Assembly: GCA_036170915.1 (NCBI GenBank)
Contig: JAVHQC010000028.1
Location: 1 to 46,887, forward strand
DNA from: Cyanobacteria bacterium auto_48_18
GTDB lineage: Bacteria > Cyanobacteriota > Vampirovibrionia > Obscuribacterales > Obscuribacteraceae
DNA: 46,887 nucleotides
Reading direction: 5' to 3'
Position 1 is the first letter of the stretch; each line of letters starts with the position of its first letter. The translations under genes were made by a program, and so were the position numbers. Below the pieces are notes generated by a model. The model saw only the letters and a program-made list of their open reading frames with translations. It was not told the DNA's origin and made no database searches. Shown here one piece after another: positions 1 to 9,350 of the stretch.

Positions 1-36
1 AACAGTCTTGCTCAACCGCAAATTGCAGTCAAGAAC

Positions 37-91
37 TCAAGATACAAGGTTGTACAGAAATACAACTTATGAGTTGTAAAAATTCTTAGGC
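37..91. promoter_or_regulatory. Tandem palindromic operator-like element (TACAAC-N6-GTTGTA), copy 1
   Basis: TACAACTTATGAGTTGTA at 61-78, preceded by a degenerate site ending AGGTTGTA at 54 (24-bp period) and followed by AAAATTCTTAGGC; near-identical arrangement at 34090-34144. Confidence 0.6.
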
Positions 92-332
92 GTCGTTTCA
101 CGCACTCTCTTTCAGTACCAAAACTCTTAATTTAGTTGTAAAGAGATCGCAATAAAGCAAGAAATAGCTAGGTGCAGAAGCTGGTAATAGCTAGAAATAA
201 ATACACGTTCCTTCCCCAATTCTTTAAAAAGCTCTAGAACCCAGATTTTAACCACCTAGCCGCATCTTTTTCTCCACGCCCCCGCGTTGAGACTGATCAC
301 GTCTACTAAAACTAAACCACCAAGGAGGCACC

Positions 333-1598
333 ATGACCGACAAACATGATGGTGCATTCCTGCACCGCTATTTCACTGCTACCTTCGCTTCGCTCAAACA
401 TCCCAACTTCAAGCTCTACGCTTTTGGTGTGATGTTTTCTCTGGCCGGCTCGCTGCTTCAAGAAGTTGTAGTTGCCTGGATCGCTTATCAGATGACCGGC
501 TCGAGCCTTGTTCTCGGCGGTGTGCTCTTCGCCTACCAGGTACCAATGATAGCCATGGGAGTACTTGGAGGATACGCAGCTGACCGATTTGATCGACGCA
601 AAATATTGCTGATCTCTCAGAGTCTGGCATTTGTTTTGTCGCTCGTCTGGCTCGCTCTTTCAGCCACCGGCAGCCTTGCAGTCTGGCACATCTATTTGCT
701 CTCCAGCCTCTTCGGCATCATCGTTGCTTTTGAAATTCCGGCCCGCTTCGCCATGATTCCGCAGTTGGTTGCTCGAGAAGAAATGGTCAACGCCTTTTCG
801 CTCGATAGCCTGCTCTTTTATGGCGGCCGCGTTATGGGCCCCACATTTGGTGCCGTCTTGCTGGCACTTGTTGGCCCCACAGCTTGCTTTGCCGTGAACA
901 GCATCACCTACTTGCTCGAACTCGGCACCCTCAAACGCATCAAGCCAGCACCTAAAGAGGACAACGAAAGCGTTGCGCTGCTAGAAGCCGTCAAGGCAAT
1001 CGCGAGCAACAGCAAGACCAGATCGGTTCTGCTTTTTGTGGCCGGGCTGACATTTTTCGGAGTCTACATTCCGCTAATGCCCGTCTTCACCGACAATCTC
1101 GGCGGCGATGCCAAACTGAACGGGCTGCTCATTGCTGTTTCTGAAATCGGTGCAGTGATTGCTTCAATCTACCTGGCCTACAAAAGCTCGAGCAGCCCGC
1201 AGAGTGCAGTCAGCACCACCAAACTGCGCCGCACGGTGGCTCTTGCCGGGCTGGCTTTTGCTGTTCTAATCGTGTTCTTTGCCGCTGCCTCGAATCAACT
1301 CGTGGCACTGGCCCTGGTGGCACCGATCGGATTTTGTATGACTCTGGTAACTATCGGAGCCCACAGCCTGCTTCAGGCTGAAGTGGAAGATCGCCTGCGT
1401 GGTGTCGCTTCCACAGTTTTCTGGATGTACTGCTACTTCGGCATGCTCGCCCTGGGTGGACCGTTCCTCGGTTACCTGGTGGAGCAAATCGGTGTGGCAC
1501 ACAGCTTCGAGCTGGCTGGCGCTGCTTGTCTCGCTTGTTCCGCTCTATTTCTCTTAACCAACAACCGTCAGCGCAAAAACCGCGCCGACACAGATTAG
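333..1598 (+). CDS. MFS transporter (DUF894/EntS-like H+ antiporter type)
   Basis: 421 aa, about 12 hydrophobic segments, MFS motif A GYAADRFDRRK; SD AAGGAGG directly upstream. Confidence 0.9.
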   Translation: MTDKHDGAFLHRYFTATFASLKHPNFKLYAFGVMFSLAGSLLQEVVVAWIAYQMTGSSLVLGGVLFAYQVPMIAMGVLGGYAADRFDRRKILLISQSLAFVLSLVWLALSATGSLAVWHIYLLSSLFGIIVAFEIPARFAMIPQLVAREEMVNAFSLDSLLFYGGRVMGPTFGAVLLALVGPTACFAVNSITYLLELGTLKRIKPAPKEDNESVALLEAVKAIASNSKTRSVLLFVAGLTFFGVYIPLMPVFTDNLGGDAKLNGLLIAVSEIGAVIASIYLAYKSSSSPQSAVSTTKLRRTVALAGLAFAVLIVFFAAASNQLVALALVAPIGFCMTLVTIGAHSLLQAEVEDRLRGVASTVFWMYCYFGMLALGGPFLGYLVEQIGVAHSFELAGAACLACSALFLLTNNRQRKNRADTD

Positions 1599-1607
1599 AG
1601 GTGTACT

Positions 1608-3302
1608 ATGAAACAAGATACAACCGCTGCTTCTGGCACCATCAGCGATGCCACAGCAAGCAATGCAACCGACACCCTGGCCATCGCCGGAAGTGTCATC
1701 GAGCACGCAGTGTCACCTACGCGTACCCGTACTCGCCTCGATGTGGAAACACCGAGCGAGGATGACGCTGCTTTTCTGGAATTCATCAACGCCAACCTGA
1801 TCGGCCAGCCCGGCGCCAAAAAGATGCTGCTGCGTCTGCATCGCGCCGCCAAGAACAAGTTCCGCGACCGCACCAGGCCCATCTACAAGGTGCTGATGCC
1901 CGGCGTCTCGCACACCGGCAAGACAGAAACCGCCATCGTGCTGGCACTGTACTACCACGGCAATCCCGATGCTTTCATCCGCATCAACTGTGCCAACTAC
2001 AAGAACAAGGGCGACATCACCCGCCTGCTCGGCGCCAGCGCCAGCTGGATCGGTTACGAGAAGCCGCCCACCGACGAAGAACTGCTGGCCAACAAAGACA
2101 AGTTCGACCCGTCGGCTTTGCTGTCGGCTCAGAACCTGTCGGCCTCACGCAAGGGTTCGAAGTGCCCGTACACGATCATCCTGCTCGACGAGTTCGAGAA
2201 GGCGGGTCCTGAATTCGAGCAGTTCTTGCTCGCCATCTTCAGCGCCGCCAAAGAGCGCATGGGCAACAACCAGGAAGTGGACTTCAGCAACTGCATCTTC
2301 CTCATGCCCTGCAACCTGGGCATGGAAGAGCTGTCGCAGCGCGCCAACAGCATCGGCTTCATCAAGCAGGCGGTCAATGCGGTGGAAGAGCTTGGTGATA
2401 TCGTCACCAAGCGCTATCCGCCGGAAGTGACCAATCGCTTCGACGAGGTTTGCATCTACGGCAAGCTCACCGACGAAAACATCGCGGCGGTCCTCGATCT
2501 GGCCATCGACAAGGTCGAGCGCAGCATTGGCAAAGCCTACGGCACTGCCGCCTTCAAGTTGGTGGTGGAACCGGCGGCTCGCCAGCACATGCTCAAGCTC
2601 TGCCTCAACAACCGCGGTGACGTGGCTGACCTCAAGCGTGTTGTGCCGCGCAAACTCACCGACCCGGTTTCGGTGGCGGTGGAAAAGCGCGTCGTCGGCG
2701 CCAACGACCAGCTCCTTGTCAGTGTGGAAGATGGCGAACTCTGCTTCGATCGCATCGGCGACGGTGCTGTCATTCCCCTGGATGGCTCACTGCTGCCTGC
2801 CAGCAAGAAAGAGGTGGAGCGCAACTCGGCGGCCATCAGGTGCACTCGCGAAGCGAGCAAGCACTTGGACGCCGGCAACAACCACTCGGCTCAACTGGTA
2901 CTGGAAAAGGCACTGGAATTGCTGGCGGCTGACCCCGACAACATTACCAAAGTGACCGTGCATAACCAGCTCGGCATGGCCTTCTACAACAGCAAGCTCT
3001 ACGAAACCGCGACGGTGCACTTCGCCGACGCGATTTCGGTGCGACTGGAGATCGGCGAATCAGCAGTGGCGCCAGACGTCAGCACCCTCTACGCCAACCT
3101 GGCCATGGCGCTCAAGCACGACTACAAGCGTGTGAAGGCAAGGGAAGTGATGGAGGAAGGAATGCGCGCCATTCGCATTCATCGCCACACCGAATCGGCA
3201 GACGGAATCAGGTACTTCTGCAAAACCTATCTGGAGCTCGATTCGACCAAGGCTCTGGAACTGGTAAACCTGGTGCTGAAGCTGAACGAGCCCCGTAACT
3301 GA
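1608..3302 (+). CDS. ClpA/ClpB D2-like AAA+ ATPase fused to C-terminal TPR-like repeats
   Basis: LIGQPGA, Walker A GVSHTGKT, RINCANY, pore-loop-like LLGASASWIGYE, Walker B IILLDEFEKA, VDFSNCIF, PEVTNRFDE; C-terminal TPR-like helices (HNQLGMAFY...A..HF..A, YANLAMAL); SD GAGGTG overlapping the MFS stop. Confidence 0.8.
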   Translation: MKQDTTAASGTISDATASNATDTLAIAGSVIEHAVSPTRTRTRLDVETPSEDDAAFLEFINANLIGQPGAKKMLLRLHRAAKNKFRDRTRPIYKVLMPGVSHTGKTETAIVLALYYHGNPDAFIRINCANYKNKGDITRLLGASASWIGYEKPPTDEELLANKDKFDPSALLSAQNLSASRKGSKCPYTIILLDEFEKAGPEFEQFLLAIFSAAKERMGNNQEVDFSNCIFLMPCNLGMEELSQRANSIGFIKQAVNAVEELGDIVTKRYPPEVTNRFDEVCIYGKLTDENIAAVLDLAIDKVERSIGKAYGTAAFKLVVEPAARQHMLKLCLNNRGDVADLKRVVPRKLTDPVSVAVEKRVVGANDQLLVSVEDGELCFDRIGDGAVIPLDGSLLPASKKEVERNSAAIRCTREASKHLDAGNNHSAQLVLEKALELLAADPDNITKVTVHNQLGMAFYNSKLYETATVHFADAISVRLEIGESAVAPDVSTLYANLAMALKHDYKRVKAREVMEEGMRAIRIHRHTESADGIRYFCKTYLELDSTKALELVNLVLKLNEPRN

Positions 3303-3337
3303 GGCTCTCACTCTGGGTTGGGTGACACTATAAACCC

Positions 3338-3372
3338 CGATAGGAGCGCTTAATTGCGCTCCTATCGTTTTT
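3338..3372 (+). terminator. Rho-independent terminator
   Basis: CGATAGGAGCGC-TTAATT-GCGCTCCTATCG perfect 12-bp stem followed by TTTTT. Confidence 0.85.
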
Positions 3373-3438
3373 CTCAAAACAGACTACACCTTATAGTTAA
3401 AACCAACTTCGCTTCTCAGGCTGTTTGAGGCTTCTGTC

Positions 3439-3466
3439 AGAAAAAAACCTGCGCAGGTTTTTTTCT
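3439..3466. repeat. 28-bp perfect palindrome
   Basis: AGAAAAAAACCTGCGCAGGTTTTTTTCT is its own reverse complement. Confidence 0.75.
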
Positions 3467-3612
3467 CAAAAGAAAACTTAGCAATCAAATGCAACATGAT
3501 CAAAAGCAGCTAAAAGCAGCACTTCAGGCAAATGCAAAGCAGCAATGAAGATGCTCTCAGGAAGCCTGCAGCCTCAAATGTTATTATCGGCTTTACTCTC
3601 AACTGATATGCC

Positions 3613-5121
3613 ATGTTATTCAACAGCTTCACCTATCTGCTTTTTCTGCCTGTAGTCTTTATTCTTTACTGGCTCTCACCAGTAAAATATCGCAAAATTT
3701 TGCTGCTCATTGCCAGCTACTTTTTCTACATGAGCTGGAAAGCAGAATACGGGCTGCTATTGTTGCTTCTAACCGTTGCCAACTATATTTTTGGCTTGCT
3801 CATTGCCAGCAGTCTCGCCGAAGAAAAACCAGGCAAAAGCAAAAACATTCTTAGAGCAGGGCTTATTTTCAACATAGGCTGTCTTTGCTTTTTCAAATAC
3901 GCCAATTTTTTACTTGAGAGTCTGGCATCAGTTTTGCATCTGAGCGGCAAAGTCGTGCAGAGTACTGCGTTGGAAAACTGGTCATCACCTGCTTTAAACA
4001 TTCTTTTGCCGCTCGGCATTTCCTTCTTTACCTTTGAATTTATTCACTACATTGTTGACATACATCGTGGCAGCAAACCCTTAAAAAACTTTATCGACTT
4101 CGCACTATTTGCGTCATTCTTCCCCTCGCAAATAGCAGGGCCCATCAAGCGTTTTCAAGATTTTCACAAACAAATGATGGAGGCTCCAGTTTTTAAAAAT
4201 TCGCAATTTAGAGAGGGTGTCTTTCTCATTTTGCAGGGGCTTTTTAAGAAGGTTGTGCTGGGCGACAATCTCGGTTTAATTGTCAACAAAGGCTTTGCCA
4301 ACGTAGGTGCAATGAGCATCTCTGATGCATGGATTGCTGTTTGGTGCTTTTTCTTTCAAGTGTTTTTCGACTTTTCTGGCTATACCGATATCGGTCGCGG
4401 CTCGGCTTTAATTCTCGGCTACAAAGTGCCTGAAAATTTCAATCTTCCTTACTTAGCCCACAGCCCAGCTAACTTCTGGCAGCGCTGGCATATGTCACTT
4501 TCATCCTGGTTGCGCGATTATTTATACATTCCCCTTGGTGGCTCACGCCGCGGAGAATGGAAAACACAACGCAATACACTGATCACTATGGCCCTCGGTG
4601 GCCTCTGGCACGGCGCATCCTGGCGCTATATGGTCTGGGGAGCAATGCACGGCATTGGCCTGGTCATTACTCGCGTCTGGTCGCAAATTTGTGATAAAAA
4701 TCCGACTCTATCGCGCTGGCGAGTCAGCCGTGTCTGGCACTGGAGCGGGGTTGTATACACTATCCTCTTTCTCCTGCCAACTTTTGTGGTGTTTCGCTCT
4801 GCCAGCTTACCAGAAGCCGGTCTGGTCTATCAGAGGCTCTTTAATTTCAGCACTATGCATCAACCCGGAGAAACCACTGCTGCTTATCTGGCCTCTACAG
4901 TGCTTTTGACTCTACCCATCTATGGTTTATATAGTTTCTTGCGACACAAAACCATGACCATGGTTAAAACTAAACCCGAACTGCCTAAGCCACTATCTGC
5001 GGTGCTATCGTTCTGGGATCGCTCCTTTGCCATGCGCTTCCTCACTTGCGCCACTACCGCATTAATTATCGCCGGCTGCGCACCTTCGCAGCTTGTCCCC
5101 TTTATATACTTCCAGTTTTAG
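3613..5121 (+). CDS. MBOAT family O-acyltransferase (AlgI/DltB/PatA-like)
   Basis: MLFNSFTYLLFLP start, LPLGISFFTF, FFPSQIAGPI, DFSGYTDIG, ENFNLPY, FWQRWHMSLSSWLRDYLYIPLGG, GLWHGA, C-terminal FIYFQF. Confidence 0.95.
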   Translation: MLFNSFTYLLFLPVVFILYWLSPVKYRKILLLIASYFFYMSWKAEYGLLLLLLTVANYIFGLLIASSLAEEKPGKSKNILRAGLIFNIGCLCFFKYANFLLESLASVLHLSGKVVQSTALENWSSPALNILLPLGISFFTFEFIHYIVDIHRGSKPLKNFIDFALFASFFPSQIAGPIKRFQDFHKQMMEAPVFKNSQFREGVFLILQGLFKKVVLGDNLGLIVNKGFANVGAMSISDAWIAVWCFFFQVFFDFSGYTDIGRGSALILGYKVPENFNLPYLAHSPANFWQRWHMSLSSWLRDYLYIPLGGSRRGEWKTQRNTLITMALGGLWHGASWRYMVWGAMHGIGLVITRVWSQICDKNPTLSRWRVSRVWHWSGVVYTILFLLPTFVVFRSASLPEAGLVYQRLFNFSTMHQPGETTAAYLASTVLLTLPIYGLYSFLRHKTMTMVKTKPELPKPLSAVLSFWDRSFAMRFLTCATTALIIAGCAPSQLVPFIYFQF

Positions 5122-5129
5122 GTTAGCAA

Positions 5130-6344
5130 ATGCCAGAAGCACCAATTACTGAAAATATAAAACACGACACCACAGCTGGTGCCTCTAGCCCTGCCGTGAA
5201 GCAATCGTGGCCACGTATTGCTATAGAATTTTTGATCTTAGCGCCGCTTGCTGTGCTGGCTTTAGAAGGTTTTTTCACCCTACTGGGCGTAGGCGAACAG
5301 AATTTCATTAAACCAGACACTGAACTAGGTTCAGTGCACATTCCGGCAAAAATTGTAACCTGGCGGCTGGAAGGCTTTTCGCGCGACACACTCTCGCAAA
5401 AAGGCTGGCGTGACATTGAACGCAGTGTGGCTAAGCCTGCGGGCACCTATCGTGTTGCTTTGCTCGGAGATTCGCAGACAGAGGCCCTGCAAGTACCTCT
5501 GGAAAAAGATTTTGCCCGTCTGGCAGAAATACAATTGAATGCTAAGCGGAAAAGCAATGCCGAAAAATTTGCCGGATTAAACAATATCGAGGTATTGAAT
5601 TTTGGCGTCTCAGGCTATTCTACGGCGCAAGAACTTTTGCAACTGCAAAAAACTGTATTGACCTACCAACCTGATCTGGTAGTGGTGCTTTATTCACGAG
5701 GCGACTCTGATGAAAATACAGTCGATCCGGCTAAGCGCCTAACTGCAGAGCCCAGGCCGTTCTACTATTTTGATAGTAACAACAAATTGACGCTTGATCA
5801 AAGCGTACTTTTAGCCAACAAAGAAAAACTGACAAGCAACCCGATTCTAGAATTTCTGCGCGCTAACAGCCGCATCTATGGAGTCTGGGACCAGACTAAC
5901 TTTCAACTCAATCTCACCGACAAATTCTATAACAAAACTCGCCGCTCCCTGACTAATTTTATCGCTAAACTTACTGCGTCTTACAGCCCGCCTGCCTCTG
6001 CCCCGCAGTACGCCATACCGGACAAACTAAAAGTCACACAAGCATTGCTAAGCGAGATCAACACCACGGCTCGCAAGCACGGTGCTGATTTCTTGCTCAT
6101 TACTTTTCCTGACATGGGTAATATCGACCCGATTTTTCGCGACCAGCTACCAGCATTACGCGCGCAAAGTGCAGGCGAGAAATTCGGCATGATTGAACTG
6201 TCTCAACCATTTCGTGATTACAAGGGTAACCAGGCGCTCTTCTATCAAGTACACTTTGCCGAAGCCGGGCATCAAGTTGCCGCCCAGTGCTTGACCGATT
6301 ACGTTACGTCCTTACTGCAAAAGCGATCGGAGTTGCAAAAATAA
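5130..6344 (+). CDS. SGNH/GDSL hydrolase-fold protein, probable acetyltransferase partner of the MBOAT
   Basis: N-terminal TM anchor, LLGDSQT block I, LNFGVSGYS block II, QPDLVVV, C-terminal VHFAEAGH; 8 bp after the MBOAT gene. Confidence 0.85.
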   Translation: MPEAPITENIKHDTTAGASSPAVKQSWPRIAIEFLILAPLAVLALEGFFTLLGVGEQNFIKPDTELGSVHIPAKIVTWRLEGFSRDTLSQKGWRDIERSVAKPAGTYRVALLGDSQTEALQVPLEKDFARLAEIQLNAKRKSNAEKFAGLNNIEVLNFGVSGYSTAQELLQLQKTVLTYQPDLVVVLYSRGDSDENTVDPAKRLTAEPRPFYYFDSNNKLTLDQSVLLANKEKLTSNPILEFLRANSRIYGVWDQTNFQLNLTDKFYNKTRRSLTNFIAKLTASYSPPASAPQYAIPDKLKVTQALLSEINTTARKHGADFLLITFPDMGNIDPIFRDQLPALRAQSAGEKFGMIELSQPFRDYKGNQALFYQVHFAEAGHQVAAQCLTDYVTSLLQKRSELQK

Positions 6345-6784
6345 TGAGTGAAAAAGCCGCCGCCCACTCTCCAAATCAAACAGAGATAGCGGATCTGGTG
6401 ACCCACTACACTTGCACTCGCAATTGCTACGGCCGTAAAGGCAACGCCGGAGCCTGTTGCACCGTGGCAGATCGCGACTTTATCATTGGACCGATAATTG
6501 ATACCAAAGAATTTCTCAAACGTTTATCTGAAAGAGATGGACGCAAACACACATATGCTGAAGTTTTCATCGAATTCGCTGAAGGCAGCAAATTATTTCC
6601 TGGCAAAACCACCTGGCAGAACCGCGATTACTATCCTGCCTTGCGAGTAGAAATGGACGCAGAAGCAATTCATCCCTGCCGATTTCTATCAGAAGCGCGA
6701 GAATGCACGGTCTACACCATCCGGCCTGGAATTTGCCGCACGTATCAATGTGACCATTTGAAGGCCACGCTCAATAATCTGTAA
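6344..6784 (+). CDS. YkgJ-family cysteine cluster (Zn/Fe-chelating) protein
   Basis: CTRNC...GACC and PCRFL...CTVYTIRPGICRTYQC motifs; ATG overlaps the upstream TAA (TAATG coupling). Confidence 0.85.
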   Translation: MSEKAAAHSPNQTEIADLVTHYTCTRNCYGRKGNAGACCTVADRDFIIGPIIDTKEFLKRLSERDGRKHTYAEVFIEFAEGSKLFPGKTTWQNRDYYPALRVEMDAEAIHPCRFLSEARECTVYTIRPGICRTYQCDHLKATLNNL

Positions 6785-6810
6785 GTCTAATATCAGCAGT
6801 AGATACTAAG

Positions 6811-7245
6811 TTAAGCGGCTTTTTTCTGACGATTGCCGTTGACCATATCACCGAAGAATTGCGCGTCCATTCTCTCAGCGGCAGACTGCGAGATATTGCT
6901 GGCATAAATGTCAGTGGCGGCAAAATTGAGGGGTTCCCCTTTAACAGCACCGCTGGCTCTCTTTCTTTCTTCGTTCTCAAGACTGGCATCTGGCTGCTTG
7001 TTTGTGCCTTTGATGGCGAAATAAGCATCAGTAAAGCTCAACTGACCTTTATCACCCTCTTTTTCGGCCTTAAAGGTTTTGTCACCACCAACCGCATGAT
7101 TGTATGGATTAAGAGCCAAATCATAGGTAGCGGTGTCCATCACATCGTTTAGTAAGTTGTAGCGCGCTTTTTCGGAACTAACATCAAAGGCGCTGGCGCC
7201 CTGGTCGCCAGTCTGACTCTTCTCTTGTGTGTTATCTCGAATCAT
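6811..7245 (-). CDS. Hypothetical protein
   Basis: 144-aa ORF with plausible composition and a candidate promoter upstream; no recognisable motif. Confidence 0.6.
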   Translation of the reverse strand: MIRDNTQEKSQTGDQGASAFDVSSEKARYNLLNDVMDTATYDLALNPYNHAVGGDKTFKAEKEGDKGQLSFTDAYFAIKGTNKQPDASLENEERKRASGAVKGEPLNFAATDIYASNISQSAAERMDAQFFGDMVNGNRQKKAA

Positions 7246-7302
7246 TGAGGAACCTTCTCAAAGGCGTGGGGCCATGGAGACACGTACTAATTGGACTCTT
7301 TA

Positions 7303-7330
7303 ATTAGACCACGCCAAAAGCGATTGTCAA
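7303..7330 (-). promoter_or_regulatory. Putative sigma70 promoter for the 6811-7245 gene
   Basis: Minus strand TTGACA (7330-7325), 16-nt spacer, TG-extended TCTAAT (7308-7303). Confidence 0.4.
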
Positions 7331-7653
7331 GCATATTTTATCTATATAACTCGCCTTAACCGCATTTTCATTGGAACTGCTAGCCCTGCTTTTGCTAGGG
7401 TAAAAGCAATCATTTCTCTCCTTATATAAGAACCAAACAAACAAATTTTCCATTAAACCAGCCTATCCCCACATTCTCGGTCAGCCTGCCCCTCTTTTTT
7501 CGAGGCCACGCTGAAGCTGACCCATGGGAAACTCTGGAATCGCCTTGAACGTGCCTACAGAAAAACCTCAAGTTTTTCTGTGAAGCACTTTGGCTCGCAA
7601 ATTCACCTGCTCGACATAAGGGCTCTTTCAAAACTCTAAAACTAGGACCAATT

Positions 7654-7953
7654 ATGAACATCGCATTCCAAACTGCGGCGGTCTATCTTGTTGTAGGCTT
7701 GCTGCTCACCGCTTTCGGCTGCTTCTGCGTCGCTCTCGTTCACCTTAACCGCATTCGCACCGAAGGCAAAACCGCTCTCATCAAGTCGATGAGCTGGAGC
7801 GGCAGTGGATTCATGCTTTTCAGCTCTTGCGGATTGCTTGCTGAAATGGCGGCCTTCGGCCACATCTCGCTCGGTTACAACCTTGTGATTACATCCCTCA
7901 TGGTCTTCGGCCTCTGGATGTTTATCAAAAGCAAGCAGCTGAGCGCCAAGTAA
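7654..7953 (+). CDS. Small 3-TM membrane protein, unknown function
   Basis: 99 aa, three hydrophobic segments, AGGA SD, C-ending codon bias, hairpin downstream (7994-8037). Confidence 0.7.
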   Translation: MNIAFQTAAVYLVVGLLLTAFGCFCVALVHLNRIRTEGKTALIKSMSWSGSGFMLFSSCGLLAEMAAFGHISLGYNLVITSLMVFGLWMFIKSKQLSAK

Positions 7954-8043
7954 TCGCAAACTCGCATCTGCTGCAGACCCACCTAACTTTGCAAAGATGG
8001 CTGATACTGAAGACTATGTCTCCATGTCAGCCATCTTGCAATA

Positions 8044-8122
8044 TTTCACCCTTTAAGCCAATTTTTGACCTTTAAGGCACTTTTTCACCTTTAATCAGGC
8101 AATTTTGGACCTTTAAGGCAAA
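8044..8122. repeat. Four imperfect ~19-22 bp tandem repeats
   Basis: Units TTTCACCCTTTAAGCCAA, TTTTTGACCTTTAAGGCAC, TTTTTCACCTTTAATCAGGCAA, TTTTGGACCTTTAAGGCAAA between convergent genes. Confidence 0.7.
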
Positions 8123-8132
8123 TTTTCTTTGC

Positions 8133-9350
8133 CTAAATAGCCCGGGGCCTGGCGACCAGCCCCAGCTGATGCAATGCTGCAAAGGCTTCTTGCTCGACTG
8201 CACTTACATGGTGCGTGCGTGCCAGCTGCAATGCCGTTCGATACTCGTTGATGGAGCCATTGACGTCGCCATAATGACGCATGGTTTTAGCCAGAATTAA
8301 ATGCGCACCCGCATCGTGCGGCTGGTCTTTCAAATGTTCGTTAAGCAACTCAGCGCAGCGAACACTATTGCCGCCGGCCAAATGGCGACGCGCTACAGCC
8401 AGACGATATTCGGCTGCCACCGCGTAATCTTGCATGCCAGGTGATTTTAAAGGTGGACCATTATAAACCACAGCCATCTTTTTGATGTCGAAGCAATTGG
8501 CTGGTTCAGTAATAGTGAGAAGCGCTCCAGGGGCAAGCTGATAGCATTCTACCGGATGAGACTGGTCGTCGAAGTAGCGGCGCAATGGGGCTCCAAGCTG
8601 TTTCTGTACTTCTTTCAGACGCAATTTTGATTGCGGAAATTGCACCAACAGAGTTTTAGAGATCTGCGTGCCACTATCTGTGGAGCGGTGGTGAGTGTTC
8701 TTAAAGCTGGCAATGCCAGACTGCAAGTCAATTATCGGCCCACCTAAATCTTTGGCGGTCCAGCGCAAACTGCTCATGCCAAATCCAGAAACTCCTTTAT
8801 TATCCGGAGCTCCTAAAATCATGCGCAAATATTTTGCATCCATTAACTCGGGATGCATAGCCAAATTAACCATCATTGGCAGAACTGCTTCGCCATGTCC
8901 TTTCGGACTTTTGCTACGCGATTGGTAGCGACTGATTGAGGCTTTGACTGGAGGCGCACTTGTGCCGTAAGGCGCACTGGCAGCCGAAGATACACTTACA
9001 GCCGCAGGCGCGCTCGGCGTGGTAGAAATATTATTGACGGCCCCACCCGCGGTGGCACCAGCAATCGGCGCCGCGACTATGCTGGAAGAAGAGTATGATG
9101 ATTTTGCCCCAGGCACAATTTCGGCATTTTCATCAAACGGATCAGCGTCAATTTGCACTGGTCGAGCTGAGGCACTGCCGGCACAGGAGAGCGCAATACT
9201 TCCTGCACTAGTGAGACCGATACTTCCTGCACTAATCCCTGCTGTGAGAGCTGCCAATACAAAATTGGCACCTCGGTTGGAGGTAGCGAAGGTCAGCAAG
9301 CTAGCGACAGCCTGGCTTAACGGATTCTCAGACGAGGACCGATTTTGCAT
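8133..9350 (-). CDS. Exported hypothetical protein with C-terminal TPR
   Basis: Probable ATG at 9350 (MQNRSS), N-terminal hydrophobic segment, Ser/Ala/Pro linker, TPR-like C-terminus (PHDAGAHLILAKTMRHYGDVNGSINEYRTAL). Confidence 0.7.
   Translation of the reverse strand: MQNRSSSENPLSQAVASLLTFATSNRGANFVLAALTAGISAGSIGLTSAGSIALSCAGSASARPVQIDADPFDENAEIVPGAKSSYSSSSIVAAPIAGATAGGAVNNISTTPSAPAAVSVSSAASAPYGTSAPPVKASISRYQSRSKSPKGHGEAVLPMMVNLAMHPELMDAKYLRMILGAPDNKGVSGFGMSSLRWTAKDLGGPIIDLQSGIASFKNTHHRSTDSGTQISKTLLVQFPQSKLRLKEVQKQLGAPLRRYFDDQSHPVECYQLAPGALLTITEPANCFDIKKMAVVYNGPPLKSPGMQDYAVAAEYRLAVARRHLAGGNSVRCAELLNEHLKDQPHDAGAHLILAKTMRHYGDVNGSINEYRTALQLARTHHVSAVEQEAFAALHQLGLVARPRAI

Noticed and set aside
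3321..3332. GGTGACACTATA matches part of the SP6 phage promoter
   Set aside because: The flanks do not match (no ATTTA upstream, no +1 G), it is a single copy and there is no phage RNA polymerase; likely chance
7558..7580. AAAAAC..GTTTTT inverted repeats (also near 3443 and 12581)
   Set aside because: Spacer lengths differ and the arms are low complexity; not convincing as one operator family
8044..8122. Possible CRISPR array
   Set aside because: The repeats are contiguous and degenerate with no spacers, and no cas genes are in the window
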